This document shows, piece after piece, positions 35,426 through 46,529 of a DNA stretch of 64,000 nucleotides (positions are counted from its first letter, which is position 1; every line of letters starts with the position of its first letter). Origin of the DNA: Puccinia triticina (Eukaryota); assembly GCA_026914245.1 (NCBI GenBank), contig CP110439.1, positions 2,418,001 to 2,482,000 of the forward strand, read 5' to 3'. The position numbers and the translations under genes are program-made. The notes below the pieces were generated by a model that made no database searches, had not been told where the DNA came from, and saw only the letters and a program-made list of their open reading frames with translations.

Positions 35426-36291
35426 AGTCTTGAGACCACTACGCCCCGAGGGCGGGAGGGCTGGTTTGTCCCTCGGGGGCCTCCATGCTGCCCTTGCGTC
35501 GCTCAGGCCTGCATCTCATGGCCGAGCCCCGGCTCGGCCTCGGGCCATGTCAGAAGGACATGCCCTCAGGTTCTTGGGACAACACCGAACTTAACACAAG
35601 TCCCTCCCTGTGCTCGCGGGGCGCGAGCACCCTCCCACTTTTGGGGGGGACTTGTGCCTAATCTCCAACATTTGGCTTGAGGCTGCCCAGCCAAATGTTG
35701 AAAAATGCCTTCTAACCCAAATATCACCGTATACCCCCTGATTTATTCACAGCCTCCTGTACCATTAGAATCCTCTTTCATTTCTACATAATCTCAGCGG
35801 TCCAAAACAACACCTACCGCCTTGCCCTAATAGAAAAATTAATGTAAAAATTTACACCTGAGAGCCTATCCGGCCTGATGTAGAACGGATCACCCATCCG
35901 GCCTAAACACATGAAGATAAGGTTAGACATCAGACGTCAATACCCTTTTATGTGTATAACTGCCGCAAGCCACCTAAATTCTGTATTGACAAGAGACCTG
36001 TCATTCTTAAGTCAATACTGAAAAAACCCGTGAGAGTGTGTCCAACCTTGACCTTTGGATGATCCAATGGCTTCATTCATAGCTCATGACAACCCCTCAC
36101 AGGAATGGCCGCTGAGCGGCGATTTTGGGACAAATTTAATTGAAAAATATTTACAAAAAAGCTGAGAAGCAGGGCTACAACAAGGTATAGGAGGCTTTGA
36201 ATTTTGTGCTGAGAGAAATGAGTAAAAGAGATGTAAACACAGAAATCATGATTTTCCGTTGTGATGAACAAAAGCGGTCACTGCGTAGAAA

Positions 36292-37905
36292 TGTCAGGAC
36301 CCCGCTGCTCCAAGATGATTCCCAGGTAAAGTCGGGTGATCTGGAGAAACTCCGCTCCACAGTTCCGCCGTGTTGTTGGGCTCTGAGTGGGGTAAATATG
36401 TAAGATTCCACAGAACTAAGAGGTATATTTCATTATGAGAAAGACTGGTCTATCTGACAGGCTCAGAGACTTAGAGAAAGAATGAAAAACAAGCTTTACC
36501 TAAGAGCGGAATCAGGGCCGGCTCTGGTGAAGGGATTGGGCTGTTGGGCAGCTATACACGCGCAGTGGCGGTTGAGGGACAAGTACGTCTGGTATGGTCT
36601 GAGAACACTGCGCAGAGCGTCAGCGCTGAGACTTCAGTGAGTGAAGCTGTAGAGAAAGATGAGTTCTCTTACGGGGACTCAGTAGGCTTAGCGCTCCACA
36701 CTTTAGCCAATCTGAGCTATGAGGTTGCAGGTGCTGCCGGCTCCTGCTATGTACGCGGTGCTACGGTCAGCTTCTGACAACCCTGGTTGGACTCTGCAGC
36801 GCAGGACTTACCTCCGTTAACGGGGTGGGTGATCCTGTCGCTGAGGCTTGGACCTAATTGGTCTATGGCTTTGGAAGTTATTGAACTGTATCAGGAGTTA
36901 GAGTCCTGTCAGCGTAACGTTCCTAGCTGTGACAATCCTAGCATCTCGACTTACCTTGTAGGTGTCTGAGTCTGCTTAGGTCGCTTAGGCACTCCGTCGA
37001 TTGCTGACGTGGCTGGTTTGGAGCAGAGGATTAGCATTAGCTTAATCCTTCCGCCTGGGAGCAACATGCATATGCATGTGCCTAAGAGAAGCGCGGACTC
37101 CAGTCCCCCTTGCGGGGTTAGGGTTTAGTTCCTGCTGCTTCCTGCGCTCAGGGCCGAGGCCCGAGTCTTGACAAAATAAAGTAAAGCACGTAAAGTAATC
37201 CAGCTCCGCAAAGTAAACAGTAAAATAAAGCTCCGCCGCATAAAGAAGATAACTCCGCCACAAAACTCCGCAAAAACCGCAAGAAAACAGCCGTAAAGCA
37301 AGCACAACGGTAACACGTAAAGCAAGTCCGCAACGTACGCAAAGTAAAAGAAGCACAACAATCCGCAAAGTAAAGTAAAAACCGTAAAAGAGAGTCTGTG
37401 GGGAGTATGATGATGAATCCTTCCTCCCCCACTGTGGTTTTATAGAGAAAAAGGAAGAGAACTAAAAGATATCCTCCGCCCGCCTCCCACGCACGCCATC
37501 CGCTAACTCCGTTCACACACGCACACTCGTCATCCGTCAGGCGCTATACACACACGTACGTCATCCGCCAAGCTCCGCTCTCACGCAAACACCTGTCGTC
37601 TCCGCCGCTTGCCTTCGACCGCCGTCAAACTCCTCTCTCTAGCTTCCACGCCCCTGTCTAGCCTATGATGTCAGGATCCCACACGCCGCCCTTCTGGCTG
37701 CCACGGCTTCCCCCAATCACCACCTCCGCTAACCAGTCCGCGCTGGCCTGCTTAGTCTGAGTCCAGTTCCGCCGTCGAGCTCCGCGCGCCGCCGCCTTCA
37801 GTTGTGTGCTCCGCTCCGCTCCGTTCCGCTCCATTTCCGCACCGTTTCCGCACCGTTTCCGCACTACCTGTGCGCCGCGCTGGTTGCTCCGTGGACAATT
37901 TGACA
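36292..37905 (-). mobile_element. LTR-like non-coding segment
   Basis: TGTCA...TGACA candidate ends; minus-strand TATAAAA near 37440; TAAAG/CTCCGC micro-repeats; no TSD found. Confidence 0.3.
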
Positions 37906-38001
37906 CGAGTTCCAGAATTGATCACCACACCGTGTAAATATCTCTCAGCCTCAGGCGAAGATTGGGACATTAGTCCTAAGCCTCTCCAAGGAGGCGCGAA
38001 A

Positions 38002-41000
38002 TGTTAGGGTAGGACGGCATAGGCAAGATCACAAAACCCTTTTTAGTCCATAATCATGTAGTTAGCCGGAAACCTAGTTAGTGTACCGGGGAACGTTTCC
38101 CCCGTTAGGGCTTGTAGCGTGTACTTAGCCTGGATGATTCTGCACCCCGGCTTCAATCTCTTTCTTCACCGAGATTGGAGACCGGGACCCGCTAGTGCCG
38201 ATAGCTAACTGCGACGGGGCTGTATTGTCCAGGTGAGTATTGTTTGGTTTCTGTTGTGCAATGTTACCGAGATTGGAGACCGGGACCTGCTAGTGCCGAT
38301 AGCTAACTGCGACGGGGCTGTATTGTCCAGTACCCATTTGCCTCTGGCATCTTATAGGTTAAAAGCCGGCGTCTAGCACAGCGAGTGTCACCGCGTTTCC
38401 TACGGAATCTTGATGAGTTGGGCCGATTGAAGAAGTGCAAAACTAAATCAAATTGAAGAAGAGAAGAAGAAGATCGCTTGAGAAAGAGAAATCAACCAAA
38501 GAAGAGCTGAATTACTAAGTCAAACTGAAAATCAACCAGTACCCTCCACTTCCAACACCTACACCATCCCATCATCCCCCTCATCAAGCAACGAGATGAA
38601 CAACGAAATGACCCCAGTTCAAGCCCGACAGCTGTTTCAAGACCTCCATCAAGAAATCACTGACCTTTGCAACAACCAAATGCAAGGCCAAGCTGCTCCC
38701 GTCGTCCCCTACCGTCCCCGTACTCGGCAAGAAAAAATCATGGAGAACTTCATCAGTAATCCACTCCAGGTGCATAATCAACTTAACCCGCGGAAACCAA
38801 TTTTGGTTTACAAAGGCACCAACTTCCCTGCCTGGGAAGCCGCCCTGGACCAAACGATTCAACACGTCCTAGTCCGCGAGCTCCCTTTCACCAATAAAGT
38901 CGACAACTTTGACTCTCTTGCCGTCGATGAAGCTTCAACTGTTGTATGTCTCATTTGCAACACAGTGGTCGATGCGCTCGGTGACATCTTGGACACTGCA
39001 AAACTTGCTGCACCAAAGGCAGTATTTGAGTTACTCAAGTCAAAATGCTCTTGGTCCAATAGAAGACGCAAGGTCGAGCTACTCAAAGAACTGGTTACGC
39101 TCATGAATGATCCGGCTCCGCCGACGGAGGCGACCCTATCGGTCTGGGCTAAACTCAAGTCTGAGTTGTCCCAACTTAAGATGACCTGGGATGAAGCCCT
39201 TGGTATCTTCTTGCAGTCTTACTACAAGGCCCCGGTCGGTGTGGACCGCATGACGTTCGAGTTCACTATAAGTCAACAACTGAACAACAAAGAGGCGCCT
39301 CCCTTCGATGACGTGTTGACAACAATTCAGTTTGCGGCCAAAAAACTCTGCAACAAACCGGGAGCAACCCTCCAGATCCCCTCAAGACCAAATGTAGACC
39401 CAATGGCTATGGAACTAGACCGCATACAGGCTGTCCAGAGTCAACCTAGATATGTAGCCCCTCAACGCCGCAGCCAACCACAGCAGACGCGAACGCAGCC
39501 TCAACTGTCCATCAATAAAGCGGCACACTTTAAAGGCAAAGGTCAATCGGACTCGCTGATCAACAAGCATGGTGACCACTGTATCTACTGTGGAGACAGA
39601 GGTCACTGGCACCCGGACTGCGTGCACTTTTGGCGAGATGTGGCGTCTGGCAAAATCAACCCACCAGATGCTGACTATAAGTCCAAGGAATCGAAGTATT
39701 GGCCTCCCCCTTGTCCTGATGGGAACGGAAACCAACTGCGACAGGTCAACATCCCCGAAGTCTCTGACGGAGTACTCTTAGATTCAGGCGCATTGGCACA
39801 CGTAAGTGGTGGATCGTCTCTCTTCAAAGTCAACAAGAAGCTGACGATCCCTCAGACGTTTTATCTGGCCGTCTCTGATTGCAACGTAATTGTGACAGAA
39901 ATTGGTAGTGTGACAATCCCGACACCAACGGGTCCGCTGACCATTGAGGATGTGTATCACTGCTCAGGGGTCAATGGCATCATTCTGTCGACTGGCCGGT
40001 TGTTAGCGGAGGGATGGAGGCTTGTTTATGATGGAACCCAGGCAAAGCTCTTCAATCCATGTAATAATTGTTATGATACAATCTTATAATTACTGCTGGT
40101 CGCTCAAGACCAGCGCCTTATTGCAATCGAAGAAAGTCACTGAGACTCCGTCATTTGATCCGTACACTTGGCACGTTCTTCTAGGACACGTTTCCGACCA
40201 AGTCGTGAAGAACTTTCTCCATATCAATTACCCGGAAAAGAAAGTGATCTGGAAATCTTTCTTCTGCAAGCAATGCGCCAAGTCAAAGAGCATGGATAAG
40301 AAGTCTCTGGGAATGGAGACTCAAATACCTCGCGACAACCCTCTGGACTTCTGTGTGTCAGATGTCATTGGGCCTCTCAACCTGGAAATCAACGGATGCC
40401 GGTACCTAGTGACGTTAAGGGACCACGCAAGCACTTCTTTCTTTGCACCCATGGCGAACCGCAGTGAAGTACCAGAGAAAATCATGACTTGGATCCGCCA
40501 CCTCAAGACCGCAATTGGGAAAGCTCTGTCTTACTTGCGCTGTGACAACGCTCTTGAGTATACCAAGAGCCTCAAACCACAACTGGAGGCTATTGGGACG
40601 ACTCTTGCGCCAGTAAAGCCATACTCACCGTCGCAAAACGGAGAAGCTGAGTGTGTGAATAGGACCCTGGGCGATATGGCACGAACCATGCTCCATTTGA
40701 GTGAGTTGTCCAGTATCTGGTGGAACTTTGCATACTCCACTGCTGCGCATCTTCACAATCGACTACCCAACACCCGGACAGGGGATAAAACCCCTCTGGA
40801 GCTACTCTACAAAACCCGCCCGATCCCAGAGACTCTGTACCCTTTTGGCGCCCATGCCATCATCCACAATCCCAAGGAGCGGAGAAAGAAACTGGACGAA
40901 CGAGCTAGGGAAGGTCAGCTTCTCGGCTACCCAGCATCTGGAGCTGGCTGGTTGTTCTGGGTGCCAAGCAAGCGTCGTATGGTCCATTTGACCGCGGTAA

Positions 41001-43086
41001 AGTTTCCCGATTTTCAGCGTCTTCCGGTTGAGAAAGCAAAAGCAACACCATCACCGGATCTCATAGCACCGCCGGTTGAAGAGAAGGGAACAGAAGTAGA
41101 TCTGATCCTCAAGCAAATTATGCTTAAGCTTGGTGAAGAAAAAACGTCTGAAATTGCCGCTGAAGAACGCCGCCAGATGGGTTTGTTGTTGACATTGGAG
41201 GAGCACAACCTCCCAAAGACAATGAAGCAAGCACTTTCTAGTTCTGATGGCCACCTATGGAGAGAAGCAGCCGAATACAAGATGCTAAAATTTGGCCAGC
41301 TTGAAGTTTGGATCCCAGCTGTGGCGCCGAAAGGCTGTAAAGCTCTAGGAACCAGATGGGTGTTCTCTATTAAGCAAAAACCAGATGGATTGGTTGATAA
41401 ATACCCCGCGCGCTATGTGGCGAAAGGGTTCAATCAGCAAATGGGTCTAGACTGCAATGAGACCTATGCTCCTACGGCATCATTGAATACACTTCAACTC
41501 CTCATCTCCATCGCAATTTCCCACAAATTTGCGACAGCCACCTTTGATGTTAGCTCAGCTTATCTGTCTAGTCCAATTGAGGAAAGTCTACGTACAACCT
41601 CCAGTGGAAATTGATCCTTTGCTGAAAGGGAAAGTCATGCGCCTGAAGAAAACTCTATATGGGACGAAGCAAGCTGCGCGATTTTGGTGGTGTTTTTTTC
41701 AGAAAACTGTACAGTCAAAGCTAGCAAAATGGAACCTTTGCTCTACTTGTTCAGGCGTGGTGAGGGTTTCATCATCATATGGCTACATGTAGATGATGGT
41801 TTCGCCCTGTCCTTGGATATGTTACTTCTCCGCAAACTTAGAGCAGGTATGGAAAGTCAGCTTGAAATTAAATGGTCAGACAATGTGCAACGCCTTGTTG
41901 GAATTGACTTTGTTTGGGATGGCAAACACCTCAAGCTCAATCAATAAATTATGGCGAAGCAGATTGTAGAATCATACCAACGGAAGACTTATGGACATCA
42001 CTGTCCCCTGCCGGAAACGGAGCTAGAGATTTTGGCTGGAGATCCAATAGATTCAACTTCTTTTCGATCTGTCATTGATTCTCTGATGTATCTCGCGTGC
42101 GGAACACGACCCGACTTAGCTTACGCGGTGAATCTGTTTGCGCCGTTCTGCGCAACACCTTTGGAATCGCACTGGACGGCGCTGGACTGGCTTATTGGTT
42201 ATTTGGCGAGGACAATGGGGAAGGCACTGGTGTACAAGGCAGGATCAGGAGGACTTCATCTCTGGACGGACGCGAATTGGGGAGGCGAGCACGAGAGATC
42301 AACAACTGGATACCTGCTGACCCATGACGGAAACAGCATTGCATGGGGTTCAAAGAGGCAGACGGTAGTGGCAATGTCGACATGCGCGGCGGAATACCTG
42401 GCGCTATTGGAGGGATCCCAACAACTGGCACACCTACTCAACATCTTTGAGGAGATTGGTTTTCAGCCGCAAGTGACAATGCACTGCAACAACAAAGCGG
42501 CCATTCTTATTGCAACAGACAACACTTCAAAAAAGAAAACCAATTACCTCAGGCAGGCCTTTTATTTTGTGAATGATTTAATACGGGAAAACAAGATAAT
42601 TAAGGTAGCGTGGACCTGTACTCATGACCAATTGGCGGATGTCTTGACGAAAAGACTTGGACCTTCAAAAATTCTTGGGGCATTGAATCAACTCGGTGTT
42701 GGCGGGTAGGTTTTGTGATCTCGGGAGGGGGTGTTAGAGTAGGACGGCATAGGCAAGATCACAAAGCCCTTTTTAGTCCATAATCATGTAGTCAGCCGGA
42801 AACCTAGTTAGTGTACCGGTGACCGTTTCCCCCGTTAGGGCTTGTAGCGTGTACTTAGCCTGGACGATCCCGCGCCCCGGCTTCAATCTCTTTCTTCACC
42901 AAGATTGGAGACCGGGACCCGCTAGTGCCAATAGCTAACTGCGACGGGGCTGTATTGTTCAGGTGAGTATTGTTTGGTTTCTGTTGTGCAATGTTACCGA
43001 GATTGGAGACCGGGACCCACTAGTGCCGATAGCTAACTGCGACGGGGCTGTATCTTCCAGTACCCATTTGCCTCTGGCATCTTATA
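38002..43086 (+). mobile_element. Degenerate full-length Ty1/Copia (Copia-B)
   Basis: 355-bp LTRs 38002-38356 and 42732-43086 (about 95% identical by eye), TG...TA ends; PBS GGTTAAAAGCC; PPT GGGAGGGGG; no TSD. Confidence 0.93.
38596..42709 (+). pseudogene. gag-pol: Copia-B gag-pol, frameshifted, with stops
   Basis: CIYCGDRGHWHPDC, LLDSGA, RCDNALEY, QNGEAE, LYGTKQA, HVDDG, WTDANW, ADVLTK across several frames. Confidence 0.93.
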
Positions 43087-43776
43087 AGTTAAGCTCGGGA
43101 CAACACGTCCATCATGTTTCATCCTGCTACACCCCCAGGATGAAACAGGATGCTCTGTCACGGTGGCTGAGATCTTGGCCGCAGACACAATTGGCACCAG
43201 CATCCCTTGCACTCCCCCAATTGACGATCACGCATCCCAAAAATACAACTCATCACCCGGAACCACACATCCTCCCACACCCCGTTGACCTGCTAACTTA
43301 ACTAAGTCCCTCTGTAACTGAAGGGGGGGACGCCGTCCCGCAGGGACCCTCCAAAGGAGGGACTTACGCCCTATGTCCAAGTTTTGCCTGACAGCAAAAC
43401 GATTTATCCCATAATTTCATTCTTGTCTCCATATCTCACCCATTTTACATGATTCCACCCCACATCCGAGGAACAAAATGTGCGCTTGATTCTTGCGTTC
43501 ATCATGGTGCCGTCGGATGCTCATAAGGAGTGGATCCCAGCTCTCAACTTGGCTTGGAACACTTAAAAGCGAGTCTTACCAAGCCTGTACGCCTAAGAGT
43601 GGGCATGTGTGTACACGGTCAGGATCTTTGAATACAGTATGTTATACAAGATTCAGTTGCCTAAAGATTCCAGTGTTTCCATCTTGTAACAAAATCTTAC
43701 AAGCACTTGGTAACACAATCTCTCTTACTTCCTATCTCTTGAATCGCCCAGTCCAGCAAACAATCCACCAGAGCAA

Positions 43777-46285
43777 AATGAAAACCTCAACTGAATCAGT
43801 GAAAAACAGCCAGCGCGTCAAGATCCCCACCATTGTAACAGCCTTGAGCGATGAGCTACTTAATCAGTATGTTACTCAAGAAAGTGTGGCCTGACCAACC
43901 AAAGCCTTTGCAGGTCAAAGCTGTCTCAATCCTTGTTCGAGGTCGGAACTGCTTTCTGCGCGTGGGAACTGGATTTGGGAAAACAAGGATACCTGAAATG
44001 TATTTCAATCTATTCAAGAGAAGAATCGTTATTTTAGTCTTAAACCCGCTCAATTCCTTAGGCAACAATCAGGTGAAGTTGCTTTTTTTTGGCTGAACTT
44101 CTTCGTCAGACGTAAACACAAGCATCATGCAGGCTGACTTTTTTGTTGAATAGGTACGCAAGAAGAAACTAGTTGGTATCACTGCAATCAACTTAAATAA
44201 GATGACTTTAAACAGCGCAGTAATTGGGAATATCGTGAAGGGCTGCTTTAGCTTCGTTTACTTGGTGTGTTTGAATTGTATCAACCCATCTCGGACAAAC
44301 TCTTGTATTCTAAGGGTTTTCTACTTCTGCACAGAGCCCTGAGATTTTTTTGAACAGCTCTTTGTTCACCAACATGTTCTTCAGCCATCAGTTTCAGAAT
44401 ATCCTTGCCTTGATTGTGGTCAATGAAGCCCACATGATATATCTGTGGGAGCTTGTTGCTTCCAGACAAAGCAAAACTCTAGTCACTTTTAATCGGCATG
44501 AAGATTGCAGTGTGTTCCGCATTGCTTATGCAAACATTAGTGCCAGGTTGATGGCAACAAATAATATCCCCCTTCTCATGTTATCAGCAACTTGCCGGCC
44601 AATAGCAGTCAAATCAATCACCTCAAGCTTAATGTTACAACCATCCGACCTCACCATGCTTGATGGCGAACTAACCCGCCCAGAAATATGGCTCATCAGA
44701 ATATCAATGGATTCAACTCTGAAGTCATGTGATGACCTGTTAAGAATTTTTGCACCATATAAAAAGGTTTTGGACGAGGAAACAGTACCAACTCTGATTT
44801 ACTCTGGTACACAAAACCTCACCTTTCAGGTAATGAAGGTGGTTGATGATGCACGTCACACATCCAAACACGAGTATGATCCACTTAGCCCATTTATTCG
44901 GCGTTACCATTTGGTGACTGGGGACAACGACAAGGCCAGCAATATGGAAGATTACTCAAATGGAAAGTTTCCGATCATGTCCTCAACAATGGCGTCGGGC
45001 CTTGGTCAGAATCTCAAGCGAGTGCAATGTGTCATTCACATGGGACGTGGAGACCCGGCTTCAATTGTTCAGATGGTGGGAAGATGTGGCCGCAATGGAA
45101 AGACAGGATTGGCTCTTTTATTTATGGAGCCGGTGCGGTTGAAGGGGAAAAATCACGAGGCTGATTTTGATCCAGACTGCCTACAGAATGATGATGTCAG
45201 AATGGATGCTTTGGCCGTAACAAGAGTGTGCTTGCGGGTAGCACTAAATATGGATAACAAGTTTTGTAATGTTTCTCGGAGTTGATTGGACTCAGACATG
45301 TGTGTGACTAAAAATTTTGGATTTTTAGGCATGGCTACATTCCTTTGTTGACTGAGGACCCCAATTACATTGCGGAGAAGTCTCGTGAACGGAATGCCCT
45401 TTTTGACTCTTGTAGATGAATTGGCTTCCGCTTGACGCAGAAGCTCTACTCAAAGTGATTCAGCAGATGAATGTTGATAACATGGATGCTATGCTACAAG
45501 ACCCATTTGCCTTTCAAAAGGACCAGTCAATAGTCATAATGACTCGCAAGCGAAAATCAAATCATCCCAAAGGCACCTGCAAGTACTCTGACATTGATGC
45601 AGCGCACCTCATAAATCACCTAGTTACTTCATTTGAAGGGTTTTTTGTGAGGACATTAGGCGGGGCTGAAGAGCTTGTGGCCTCACAGTTTTTTGGTCCG
45701 GCCCAAGCTACCGCTGTAGTCAAAACAATTGATCAGATCATACAAGTTGACCCACACAATCTGGACCTTTTGGAACAAAAAATGGGAGGAGGGTTTTTCC
45801 CTGGACAAGTCAAATGGATAGACCATGCAATTACTGAATGGCTGGATGGGGAATATCACCAAGATTCACAAGAGGAAATTGCGGCCCAGGCTGCAGAGAA
45901 GACCTATAAAGCACAGGTTGAAGCATTGGAGAAGCAACAACTGAAAGAACAAGCGGCAGAAGATAGGAAAATACTCGCCGAGGCCAAAAGACTTGAGAAG
46001 CAATTGATAGCAGCACGGAAAAGATTCTTGGATGCCAAAGAACAAAAAAGAATTTCTGATGAAAAAAAACGATGCCGAATACTTGCTGTATTGGAACACA
46101 AACAAAACTTGGCATTGGAACGACTCCGAGTCGCGGAGATTAAAAAACAAACAAAAGCCCAGGAGATTGAAAGACAGGCCAATCTGTCTCCCGAACAGAG
46201 AAAGCAAGAGGCGCTTGAGCGAAAGCGGGCAAAAGATTTGATGGCATATGAAATGCGGCGCAAAAGGCTGAAGAACTCGCCATAA
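43777..46285 (+). pseudogene. RecQ-like SF2 helicase, multi-exon, decayed, with a charged coiled-coil tail
   Basis: VGTGFGKT, VVNEAH (DEAH D>N), LSAT, GLGQN, QMVGRCGR. Confidence 0.85.
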
Positions 46286-46529
46286 GAGCCGCACAAATTA
46301 AGGCGATCGACGAGGCCCGGGCGGCTCAGGTTGTACAGGATGCTGAAGACAAGCGAAACCGGAAAGAAATAATTGAAGGCAATAAGCAGCGGGCGCATGT
46401 GAATCGTATAGCTCGAGATAGGCGGACAAGTGAGAAGGTGGGAGAAAGAAGTAGGGATCAGATGGTCCTGAGCCTGTTTCTGGGTGGTGGTGGAGCCATG
46501 GGGTCCCAGCCTTCCCTTCCTGAAGAAAA

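Noticed and set aside
34464..35680. Long ORFs in several frames
   Set aside because: Stop-poor GC-rich inverted repeat; mirrored peptides on both strands
37669..37905. Separate solo LTR TGTCA...TGACA
   Set aside because: Flanks TATGA and CGAGT do not form a TSD
43777..46285. Host RecQ/SGS1 gene
   Set aside because: Lies within TIRs and a TSD next to a transposase and is decayed
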